A stretch of 62,538 nucleotides of DNA, filler included, from Diploschistes diacapsis (Eukaryota), in assembly GCA_023645945.1 (NCBI GenBank). It is 13 parts of 13 records of this genome, joined end to end, with 100 filler letters (N's around TTAATTAATTAA, not from the genome) between each part and the next. Parts side by side here need not be neighbours in the genome. Positions count along the whole stretch, not along the records: positions 9,304 to 34,984 come from JALAIB010000203.1; 12 more parts are not named here. One strand, 5' to 3'. The translations under genes were made by a program, and so were the position numbers. Under the pieces are notes generated by a model. That model was not told where the DNA came from. It ran no database searches and saw only the letters and a list, made by a program, of their open reading frames with translations. Numbering within the stretch: the first letter of the stretch is position 1; each line of letters opens with the position of its first letter. Positions 9,773 to 21,059 of this stretch are shown here, piece by piece.

Positions 9773-10741
9773 ATGCGCCCCACCTTCCGCCTCTTTGCTA
9801 ACCCTTCCGCATCCCGCTACCTCACCCCCGGCCAACCCACCGGCCTAACCGGCCTCCTCACGCATCCGTCCCCCCGCGCCAACCTCGTCGTCCTCTACAC
9901 CGCCACCCTCTCCAAGTTGCGCGCCTTCCCCGCGCACTCCTCCTACCGCGCCGCGACCGAAGCCCTGACAAAATACCGCCTCTCCATCGTCGAGGCCGTC
10001 AAGCCCCAGGGCTGGGATGAGTGGAACGCCCACGCGCAGTCCCTCCTCAAACAGTATCCGGACCTCTTCGCGGACCCGGAGCGTTCGGGGAGATATCTGA
10101 GGGGGAATATCGATGGCAAGAGCTATGTGTACGAGAGGCTGATGGTGGTGAAGGATGAGGATACGGAGGTGGAGTGGGGGGGCGAGAAACCCATTGCGGA
10201 GCTAGAGGGGCCGAGGGCGTCTGGCGAGAGGGATTTTTCGGAGTTGGAGAATCCGAGGGAGAGCGATTGGTTGGAGGAGCCGGAGGGGGTGAGGCGGTGG
10301 GTGCCGGAGCCGAAGCTGGATGCTGTGCAGTAGGTTTTCCATTCTTTCGTTTTGTGAGGGGTTGGGCTTGGAGAGCTGGCCTCTATGGGGAACCCTTGCG
10401 CTTTCTTAACACACTTGATCGTTGCTTCCGGCAAAGTTGTTACGTTTTCAGGAGAGCACTCACTAACAGCTTTGGCTCTACAGGGTCTCGGAGATTGAGG
10501 AAAAGATAGGCGCGGGGCTCATTGAGGAAGTTATCGAGGTAGCGGAGGGAGAACTCGACCTGGTGACTACCATGTTTCAGAACAAGGTGTAAGTAACTTG
10601 AGACTCTGGTCGTATTCGGCCTTCTCTCGGACTGACACGATTGGTAGATGGGAAGAGCTGGAAGACAAGCCTGCCCCCGGCCAATGGCAGTACTTTGCTC
10701 GAGATCAGCATGCCTCTGGCACGCAGGCGCCGCCGAAGTGA
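9773..10741 (+). CDS. NDUFA5: NADH:ubiquinone oxidoreductase 29.9-kDa subunit (3 exons)
   Basis: PTGLTGLLTHPSPR..LY..L..FP..S.YR.ATEALTKYRLSIVE; IEEKIGAGLIEEVIEVAEGELDL; WEELEDKPAPGQWQYF; introns 10330-10483 and 10589-10648. Confidence 0.93.
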
Positions 10742-10994
10742 CGGTGATGATATTGTTCTTTTATGAGATTAGACTATGCTTTTGGTGGTATTAGGGACCC
10801 GGAAGACCAGCATTTTTGTAGTGCAAAAATTTCTGTCTCGAGGCTGTAAGTTGCTACCTTGTTATATATGATGCTAAGGCGCTGAAAATTCGAGAAGTAA
10901 AATGAAAATATTTCGGAGCAATGACCAGATGGTAGGACAAACGAGGTACAATTACAATGAATTACGAATGCGGGCTGCGTACATTGAGCTAAGT

Positions 10995-12344
10995 TCAATA
11001 TCGTGGAGCAGGAGGTGCTTTTAACAGCGGTTCTGATCCCAGACCAAGACTTTGACGAAGTTTTCCCGCTCTCGCATTATCCTGAGGCCCGTTCATGTGA
11101 AGGTTAATGTCTTCCTTTTCTTTCCGATCCTTCTCCGATTCATTGGTCAAGTTCTCCCATATCGCAACAGGCTCCGGCTTCGAGGCCTTAACATCAAGAA
11201 TGATTCTACCTTTCGAATTGATACTAGCATGCTCGGGCAACCACCACCCCTTCCAATCTTCGGCCAATCGTGAAGTACCTCTCGTATCTCTGAACACGGT
11301 AGATGACGTCTGGGCAACAACTCCGCCCATACCGACCAAAGCGCCGCCTTTCGTGATACCTCCGGATGCCCTCAGCTGCCGCTGTACCTTGCGGCCTCTG
11401 ACCGGCGGACCTTCTTGTTGTGGACCGAGAAGCGGGTGGTTGTGAATATGGGAGCTTGTCCGCAAGTAGGAGAGCCCGGCTGAAGGATGTGTGACCGGGG
11501 GGCCTTCAGAATGGTCCGACGTCGCTGACTTCGACGAATAGGGTTGACCAGGCAAATCTAAAAAGTGCCAAAGTATGCGCGCAAGTTTTTCGAATTCGTG
11601 TCGGAGTCGGATGACTTCGGTTTGGAACTCCTTCTCAGTAAGAGTAATCTTCGATGCGTCATAGTCCTTCCCATCTCCGCGAGTCTTTTCCATAGCCGTC
11701 TTTTCTTTTTCGTCGAGTATCCAATTCCAGAGGTATTGGCGGAACCTAACTCGCTGGGTTTTGATCTGCTTTTCGACGAACCTTTCGAATGCCATGTTAT
11801 CCATTCCTGCTAACCATGGCCCCTTGAATCTCCACCGCCTCGGCTCCTGTTGTGCAGCTCGTCCAGTTTCCCGAATCGACCTCTCAAAGACATCAAAGAG
11901 ACTTTGCTCATTGTTCTGATGAAGCGCTTGCGAATTAGCCCCTGCACTCGCGTTGTGAATTGCCCGATGCCCGACGGGCCCTTGACGAATTGGTATGTTC
12001 ATCTCCTGCCATTTCTGAAGGGTGAGCGTATGATCCGCAGCAGACTCGAAATTCGTGATATGGTCAATGTTGTCAACTTCCTTGATTCGCACCAAAGGCG
12101 TAGAAGTATTGATAGTCGATTTTAGCGGTAGAGGTCGCTTGACGCCCCAGTCTCCTCTGGCGCGCGATGATGTTGGAGTCTCAACCGTAGCGTGAATTGG
12201 ATGGTATATTGTGGCGGTGTCTGACTCGAACGTTGATGTAGCTTGGGTCTGCTCCCGTACAGGGCGTGGGAGGGACTGGGGGAGAGCAAAGAGACGCGAA
12301 CGTCGAAGAAGCTGTGCTGCTGGTGACACCTGTTTTGATGCCAT
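10995..12344 (-). CDS. MRP51: Mitochondrial small-subunit ribosomal protein bS1m
   Basis: LLRRSRLFALP, RGDWGVKRPLP and HPSAGLSYLRT motifs; 449-aa ORF. Confidence 0.88.
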   Translation of the reverse strand: MASKQVSPAAQLLRRSRLFALPQSLPRPVREQTQATSTFESDTATIYHPIHATVETPTSSRARGDWGVKRPLPLKSTINTSTPLVRIKEVDNIDHITNFESAADHTLTLQKWQEMNIPIRQGPVGHRAIHNASAGANSQALHQNNEQSLFDVFERSIRETGRAAQQEPRRWRFKGPWLAGMDNMAFERFVEKQIKTQRVRFRQYLWNWILDEKEKTAMEKTRGDGKDYDASKITLTEKEFQTEVIRLRHEFEKLARILWHFLDLPGQPYSSKSATSDHSEGPPVTHPSAGLSYLRTSSHIHNHPLLGPQQEGPPVRGRKVQRQLRASGGITKGGALVGMGGVVAQTSSTVFRDTRGTSRLAEDWKGWWLPEHASINSKGRIILDVKASKPEPVAIWENLTNESEKDRKEKEDINLHMNGPQDNARAGKLRQSLGLGSEPLLKAPPAPRY

Positions 12345-12959
12345 GACACAAGGAAGAAGTGGAAGAAGTAGATAAGGAATGATATAAGGAGAAGACTGCT
12401 CTTTCCTTCCTTTTAGAGAGCTCGAGCTCTCATGACTGCTGCTAGCAAGCTAGTAAAGCGAGACGAACTTTTTCTAGCGAAGCGCGCTTCCCAAGATCTA
12501 CGATGAAATTATTTTGGCAAGAACTAGCCGGTAATTTAAGACTAAGATAATCATTCAATATTATATATTACAGCCCTGAAGATAAAAGACTCACTTAAAG
12601 TACCAACGTCTCGGTCAATATAACTGCCTCCGGACTTGGTGAGTGGAGCGGCAAGCGCTCAGTATCATGTTCAAGCCTCAAGCATATTATAAGCTCCCGT
12701 CTGGTAAGCTCCGCCCGGATTAGATAGCCCGGTCACACTCTCTTTTGGAACATACAACAGTGTTGGGTCAGGGTACAGTACTCCTTCACTGCCTGTATGA
12801 ATTCGAATAAACCGTATGTGTTCCCTCTCAGTACCATGCGTTTCTTCAAATGCTCTCTCAATCAACGCTTTGCTAACGTTTGTGAGCGGGGTCGCAGGGC
12901 GATATTACTTACCGTTCACGCTTTGAGATAACACTGGCATATCGAGTCTGCTCGGTACC

Positions 12960-15900
12960 ATGGCGGCTGTACCATTTAGAGTAAAGGCTACGTTTGACTA
13001 CAACTCCCCACATGAGGACGATTTGAGCTTCTCGCTTGGACAGGTTATTACTGTGACGGATGAAGAGGATGAAGACTGGTATTACGGAGAATTTACTGAC
13101 GCGGACGGCGAGGCAAAGCGAGGTCTTTTCCCGAAGAATTTTGTGGAGCGCTATGAGCCTACAACGCCGCCGCGACCCTCCAGATCTACTCGTCCAAAAA
13201 GAGAGCCTGAAGTGGAGCCAGAGCACGAGCCAGCTGAAGCTTCTTTAGAAGCCCCAGAGCGATTAGGGCCGGGGCTCGAGGAAGCGCCAATGGAAGATGC
13301 GCTTGTAGCATTATCTGAAAATACAACCGAACCGACCAACAAGGCTGCATCGAATGACATGCCAGATGAGGCTCCAATACCAGCTACAGCCCGCTCGAGA
13401 AGGTCATGGGAGTCCCCAGCAAAGCTAAATGAAAACGTACAGCCCACACCAGCTGTACCTGCGCAGACGTCAAAGCAACCACCTCCTCAACAGTCAGCGA
13501 GTAAAGCGCCTCCTCCCACTGTTGCCAGCAAGCCTACGTCTTCTTCGTTTCGAGACCGAATAGCGGCCTTCAATAAACCGGCTGCAACACCGCCCCCACC
13601 TGTCAAGTCGGGACAACCTTCAGTTTCTTCGTTCGTCAAGAAGCCATTTGTTCCTCCTCCACCCAGCCGGGACGCATATGTCAGGCCACCCCCGGAAGTG
13701 CCACTAGCTAAAGTATATAAAGCTCAGGAAGATGTTCATGGAGTACCTGCAAAGGAAGATATTCGGGTAGGCGGGCCGCCGTCTGAAGTGGGAGACGCTG
13801 ATGACCAGCCAAAACCCACTAGTCTAAAAGAGAGGATCGCGCTTCTACAAAAGCAACAGCTGGAACAGGCTGCAAGGCATGCTGAAGCCGCACAGAAAAA
13901 AGAAAAGCCTAGAAAACCACCGAAGAAGAAGTCTGATCCCCCTGTGGACACCACGGTCGCCGGAGAAAGCACACTATCTGAGGCATTTACAGCCGTGACT
14001 ACCGCTCCTGAGTCGGAACAGGACGCAGCATTCCCTAGGGCATCTCGACATCGAACAAAATCAAAAGAAGGAGGTACACCATTGGGCAGTCCCGCTCCTA
14101 CCCCACAAGATTCTATTAGTGACCCTAATGATGCTGATCAATCTGCTGGAGGTGATACAGAGGACAGCGAGGTTTTGATTAGGAACAAGAAGCCACAAAC
14201 GATTTCTGTATCTGGAATACCACCACTGCCACCTGGACGGCAACCAGCTCCGGCCGGTAAAGTTTCCTATGAAAGCGAAGAATCGGACGCTGCTGATGAA
14301 GATCGTCGCGAAGCAGCATCAGAAGCCGAAGTCGAAGATGAGGAACAGGAAGGAGAGGAAGAAGATGACATAGATCCCGAGGTGAAACGCAGGATGGAGA
14401 TTAGAGATCGGATGGCAAAGATGAGTGGTGGGATGGGAATGGCTGGGATGTTTGGTGGTCCTGGACTGCCACCTATAGGTGCAAAGAAAGCTAAACAGAA
14501 CAGCGGTGCCAGCAATAAGCGATCATTGGAGGGTGAAGCTATGGCTTCAGCGTCTCCTCCTCAACAGCCTGTACCAATCATGGCTTTACCAGGGATGACC
14601 ATGCCTGGCTTAAGTAAGGTCAGGTCTCCTGAACCAATAGAGAATCCAATGGATGATGCAGCAGAGACTGGGCACACGAGGGAGGACTCGGATGCCGAGG
14701 AATCAGAAGGAATAATCGCAGAGAAAGAGGATGAGCTGGCTGAGGAGAGACTTAAGGACAAGCTTCGATCTCCTCCGCCACCGCCAAGAGGTTCGCTCTC
14801 GGGTTTTCTTATTGTTAAATGGGAATTTGAGATTGGCTAACTTCCATATAGATATCGCTGTACCTACTGTACCTGTAACATCGAGCGTAGCTTGGACTGC
14901 AAACACTGCTAGGGGCGTCCCTCCTCCGCCTCCCTCCAGTAAGCCTCAAGGTATCATGCATGGTACATAAGTTGCTAATAATCGCTCAGCTCGCCCTTCG
15001 CAAGCACCTCCAGCTGTACCTAGTCGTCCTATCGATACAGTGTCCGAGTCTGACGACGAGCTCTCCGCTGTTCCGTATGATGCTCTGGCCGATGACGCTC
15101 CCGAGGAGAAAGCGCCAATTACGCGTAGGGTACCTTCCATTCCACCGGTAACCATCTTCAATGAGCGTACAAACCCGCAAGAGCCTCGTTCTCCTACATC
15201 CGCTATATCTCCCTCATGGCCAAAGACTCCAGCTAGTCCGCAAAGTCCATCGGATTTGCCGAAACGGGCAAGCCGAGTACCTCACATACCGGGTGCAACT
15301 GCCCCAGCTATATCCCCGCCACCTCAAGGTCGTGCACCTCCGCCTCCACCACCGCCTACTCGTGAAGGAGATCCACCTTCAGCTACACCACCAGTGTTCC
15401 CACAAGAAGAGAGCGAGGAGGTCACAGAATACGAAGGAGATTACGATACCGATATCGCTGCCGGCGACGCACACAAAGACGCATTAAAAGCAGATGCTGA
15501 AAGCTCCAGCGCTGACGAGACGTTGACCAGCGATGAAGCATCTTATCACCATTCTGGCCTGCCTTCACTTGGTCCTCCACCGCCTCCGCCCCCCGGATCA
15601 GGCGCTGGTGCGCCTAGGGGAGCTCCACCTCCACCTCCACCTCCACCTCCTAGTCAACCACCTAGACCCTCTCGTCAGTCATTAGATGCGTCTCGCGCGC
15701 CTTCACCAGTTCCTAATCAACCGCCTATACCATTCAAACAATCTACCGATGTGCCCCGAGGAGCTCCACCGCCGCCGCCTGTCCCAGCGCAGACTCGTCC
15801 ATTCAACGATGACGATTATGGTCCTTACAACTACAACTCACAATCAACCGTTTTACCAAAACAAGCTCTACCCAGAGAACCGCCTAGAGACCCTTCAACT

Positions 15901-16893
15901 ACCTCCAGAACCGAAGTACTGCATGACGATTTGTATGACCTTTCTACTCCGGAGGAAGCTCACGCAGAGTCAGTGAAACCAGCATATAGCTCGCCACCGC
16001 TGCCGCCACTGTCTGGTCCAAGCTTAGTACCAGCCTCTAAACCTCGCCAGTCTCTCGACGTGCCGCGCTCCAGTATGAGCCGAAGATCCATTGACGCCAA
16101 CAGACCTTCCATGGAACAAGCCTTCATGGCTACTGATATAGACTGCGGTCGAAACACCCAGTGGTGGGTTCAAAGAAATATGCCTCCCCCGGTCATTCAA
16201 GGTCGATCCGACGTGACGTATGAGATTGAAGAAACCACGGCGATATCCCCAAGCGGCGAGGAACTAATTATGCGGCATGTTTATGCGCTGTATTTGGATT
16301 ACTCGCAAACTGTTCTCGTCGCTCGCTTTAGTCCGAGGGATCCATCCAAAGCCGAGTTCAACCAACGTCATCAGCCGCCTCCGACCACTCTCCGTCAGGA
16401 TCAGCTTGAGAACGCGCATACCAAATTTGGCGCAAGGATCGCTGAAACCGCCAAGAGCAAAGAGAATTCGACGGTGGGCAACGGCAACCCTATGGTATTT
16501 GTAACGGAGCTTTTCAACGCATTGCCAGACGCCCTACCGCCAATTGGAACTCGGGCCTACGGTGCCCTAATTTACACCAATCTTGCCAATGCATCAGTCC
16601 AGCAGTACGATGAAATTCGGCCAGGCGACATTGTTTCGTTTCGCAGTGCAAAACTGCAGGGTCATCGCGGAGCGATAAAGCAAAAATACAACATTGATGT
16701 TGGTAAGCCAGATCATGCTGCCGTTGTTTTAGATTGGGATGGGACGAAGAAGAAGATAAGAGCATGGGAGCAGGGTCGGGAGAGTAAGAAGGTGAAGGTG
16801 GAAAGCTTCAAGCTTGGTGATCTGCGAAGTGGGGAGGTTAAGGTTTGGAGGGTTGTGTCAAGAGAATGGGTTGGATGGGGACGCAAGTCATAA
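12960..16893 (+). CDS. BBC1: SH3-domain, Pro-rich actin-patch protein Bbc1/Mti1 (3 exons)
   Basis: N-terminal SH3 (FRVKATFDY..EDDLSF..DWYYGE..GLFPKNFVE); SLKERIALLQKQQ; RDRMAKMSGGMGM; C-terminal DEIRPGDIV..HAAVV..SGEVKVWRVV domain; introns ~14791-14851 and 14951-14988. Confidence 0.85.
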
Positions 16894-17102
16894 ATACTTT
16901 TAAGCCTTAGTAATTAAAGCTAGCGCAAACGATGCATCAACCATGGAGGTACCGACTTGAGGCTGAGATACTTGGTCAAGAAATTAGTACTTTATTCAGC
17001 TTACACGCAATTTGTATAGGCCAGAGTACCAGGTAGGCCTTCGTTATCAGGAACTCGAGTATTCAAACTGGGAAACGGTATTGCGAAAAACTTAGTATGC
17101 CT

Positions 17103-17763
17103 TCATCTAAACGCCAGAATGGTTTGCTCTAATGGCTGCCTGGCCGTCTCCCAAGCAAGCCAATCCGACCTCGTATTCCTAAAGTAAGTCAGTATCCCAG
17201 TCCTCACCAAAGCAACAACTTCGCCCAAGAAACTCACGGCAATAAACCCATCCCATTAACCTTCCACAAACCCAACGCCAGCGCCACCAGATTCGTCAGC
17301 ACATACACCGCCTTGACCAACACCAGCTTCCCCCTCGTACCGGCGCTGTCGAACCGCACGAACGCCTGGTTCGTCTGCATGAGCGCCTGCGCCGGGCTCT
17401 TGAACAGCATGAATACCATCATGATGCTAAAGATCTGCAGGCCGTTGCCGGACATGTACATCATTACCGCGTTCATCGGCAGCGACTTCGCGGGCGCGAT
17501 GGCCACTTCCCAGGCTTTCTTGAGCTTGAGTTGGTCGGTCTCTTCGGTCGTGGGAGGTTTGCGGGCCGGTTGTTTCGAGGCAGAGCGCTGGAAGCCACGT
17601 GTTAGTGGTAAAATGACTGAGGAGGTGGGCGAAGGGGGGGATGGACCTTTGTTGAGGAAGAGAAGCCGGGTGGATCGGGGATGTTGGCGGTTGATTTGGG
17701 CTTGGAGGGGGGAGTGGTGAGGTCGCGGTACCATTGCGGCAGGTTCTGTGATTCTTCGGCCAT
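17103..17763 (-). CDS. EMC4: ER membrane protein complex subunit 4 (3 exons)
   Basis: IPDPPGF; LKLKKAWEVAIAPAKSLPMNAVMMYMSGNGLQIFSIMMV; WKVNGMGLLP|NTRSDWLAWE. Confidence 0.93.
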
Positions 17764-18155
17764 CGTTAAGGAGGGATGGAGCCTTAGGCAAGTGTATAAT
17801 GGTGTAGTTATGTTAATGGCGGAATGAGAGGCGAACATAGTAAGCTTGAGATAGAGTTGCATCCAGCGTCAGCCCTACGGTATTTCCGCATGTAGAAGTG
17901 AAAGGGTTCTCCAGATTTCAACCCCTTGTGAGATTTATTACGAGCGTCGAATCTATCTTGTGAGGCTTCTGTACTTCTCCTACTTCTAGTAAACTGAACC
18001 ACGATAATGATTGAATTGGGGCTTACAAGTGGTTCAATTATATTTACTCGTTGATTATAGACTTGGGAGACTAGTTATACCATATACGGAGCCCTGAGAT
18101 ATATCTGACATTTATTCTGTTTTGATGTTCTCATATCCTGCGCTAGACAATCAAG

Positions 18156-20547
18156 ATGAGTTCAGGAGGGGATGCAAAGCTATTCGCAAGGGTAAGTTTT
18201 TTGCTTTCATGTTACTCACATTGTATCCATGAGACTCTATGCTGCGCTTCGAGCATACGAGCATGACCGCCTCCAATGAATTGAAGCTGATATTAAACAG
18301 GGAAAAGTGGCAGAGCTCCGAACAGAGCTGGTGAGCGGCAGTAAGAAGGACAAGAACCACTCCGCAAAGAAGATTGCTCTCAAGAAGATTGTGGCCAACA
18401 TGACCATGAGCAACAACGACATGGTCGCACTATTCCCGGACGTTGTTAGCTGTATGCATATTCAAAGTTTAGAGATCAAGAAGATGTAGTGTGACTCTCT
18501 CCTTTTAGGGAAGGAAGCTAATTGTAACAGGTGCTTCTTATTCCTGGTGAATTACGCTAGAGTGAAGCCGGATGTCGCCATCAAAGCGCTACCAATATTG
18601 CTTAACGTGAGCCTCTGAATCAACTTTTATATTACCGCTTGATTGATAATTGTAGGATATGGATGATCAGAACCCTTTAATTAGATCGTTGGCTCTTCGA
18701 ACAATCTCTTATATTCATGTCCGCGAATTTGTGGAAGCCACCGTTCCGCCATTAAGAAGATTGATCAAAGATTCGGATCCCTATGTAAGGAAAACCGCTG
18801 CCATTGCTGTCGCTAAGATCTACGACCATGATCGCCAGCTCGTGGAGAAGTCTGACCTTATCGATAAATTAAATGTGATGCTTCGAGATGAGAATCCTAC
18901 GGTGGTATCCAGTGCTCTGGCTTCCTTGATGGATATCTGGGAACGAAGTGAAACCATCCAATTGACCATTGATTATGCGAGTGCATCGAAGATTGTCCAA
19001 ATCTTGCCCGACTGCTCCGAGTATTGGGATCGCATCTTGTTCAGAGAAAAAGCTAACGTATCGCTAGATGGGGTCAAACTTATATTCTTGAGGCGCTCAT
19101 GTCATATGTTCCGCAAGAGTCGGGGGAAGCGGCACTATTAGCGGAGCGAATACTACCCAGACTGTCCCATTCGAATTCCGCTGTGGTATTAACTTGCATC
19201 AGGGTCGTAATTTACCTGATGAACTACATTGCCGATGAGAAAGCCATCACTTCTTTATGTCGAAAATTGTCACCCCCATTAGTCACATTGCTTGCCAAAG
19301 GATCCGAGGTCCAATATTTGACTCTAAGAAACGCAATCCTGATTCTGCAACGAAGACCCGATGTACTGCGGAATGATGTTCGGGTTTTCTTTTGCAAATA
19401 TAACGATCCTATCTATGTTAAAGTAACAAAGTTAGAGTTGATCTTCATGCTTGCATCAGAACAAAACATCAGAGAGGTCCTCCAGGAGCTGAAGGAGTAA
19501 GCGGTTCCGTCCTTTGCAATTGAATGTTATTAATCGTGCGTCAGGTACGCTACTGAGATTGATGTGCATTTTGTACGAAAATCTGTCAGGGCGATTGGAA
19601 AGTTGGCAATCAAGATTGAGCGTGCTGCCGAGGATTGCATTAGCTGCCTACTGGAACTAGTCGCTACAAAGGTTTCATACATCGTACAGGAGGCGACTGT
19701 AGTGATCCGGAACATCTTCCGAAAGTACCCCAATCGCTACGAGTCGATCATCTCGACGCTTTGTGAAAATCTTGATTCTCTGGACGAACCTGAAGCGAAG
19801 GCTGCAATGATCTGGATAATCGGACAGTACGCTGATCGCATTGAAAACTCCGACGTCCTGCTCGAAGATTTCTTGTTTTCATTTGCCGATGAGCCTGTCG
19901 AAGTTCAATTAGCCTTGTTAACGGCCACAGTCAAGCTGTTCATTCAAAGACCAACAAAAGGACAGGAGCTGCTACCGAAGGTGCTCAAGTGGGCTACCGA
20001 GGAGACAGACAATCCAGATCTGAGAGACCGGGGCTATATGTACTGGCGGCTGATGTCGACGGATCCCGCTACCGCAAAAGATATCGTTATGGGGGACAAA
20101 CCCACCATTACGGCAGAAGCTGAGAAACTCGATTCACCAACCTTGGAGGAGATGTGTTTGAACATTGGTACTCTGGCCACGGTATACTTGAAACCAGTTA
20201 ATCATGTTTTCCGTGCTGCGAGGATGCGAAAACTAACAGACAGCCCTGCGTTACAGAGAAGTAGGATACCGAACGGAGAGGGAATGGGAAGTCTTCCGAT
20301 GCCAAAGATTGTTGCACTAAGTCCTAGTAATGGCGATACCTCAGCAGCAGTTGCAGCAGCCGACGCTTACTTTTCGAACATTGCAACACGACAGATTGCA
20401 TCCATGAACATCAATGACGATGGATTTGGGGCAAGTCCTACTGTAGGGCACCACGCAGAGACCCAGTATGTGGTCAGTCAGAACCATCCACAGCAGGCTT
20501 ATGAGCCCCAAATCGGCGAAGGCAATGGGGACCTCTTGGAGCTATGA
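18156..20547 (+). CDS. APL1: AP-2 adaptor complex beta subunit (multi-exon; no C-terminal appendage)
   Basis: [39 protein letters not shown]; adaptin N repeats; [15 protein letters not shown]. Confidence 0.88.
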
Positions 20548-21059
20548 TCAAGGAAGAGTAATGTATCATGAATCGCGGCACGGACGAACGAAGTGTGTGC
20601 ATGTGAGTGTATGACCAATTAGAAAGACAAAAATTCGAGCATAGACTTTGTTAGCTGCATCTCCGTCTCAATAAAGTTCCAGAAGTTTAAAACATGATGT
20701 TGAAGACTCTCTGACCATTATTTCCTTTGTAGTCCATCCTCTAGTCTCGGCAGAGGAACAGGGCGGCAATACTAGGGATGTAGTTTGCTCCGTTAGGGCG
20801 GCGGCGCCAAGCCGGATACATAAGCGAACCAAATATTTTCTCTCGCTTCGCTCTGTTTACTTTATTGTAAGCTCCAAAGCTTCAAGCTTCTACTCATATC
20901 TCCAAATACATGCGAACTTCTGCCTAGCTCCAGATATCTTAACACGTCGCTGTTCACTTCAAATACTGAAACTCTTTGAACAGAAATACTTACTCTCGTT
21001 TCAGATGCTGAGTTAGCATAACGTTTCCCACAAGCGCACAGCGCATAGTCTCCGTCGCA

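Noticed and set aside
18005..18110. Possible C/D-box snoRNA upstream of AP-2 beta (ATGATTGA...CTGA)
   Set aside because: Imperfect box C, with no terminal stem or rRNA guide that I could identify.
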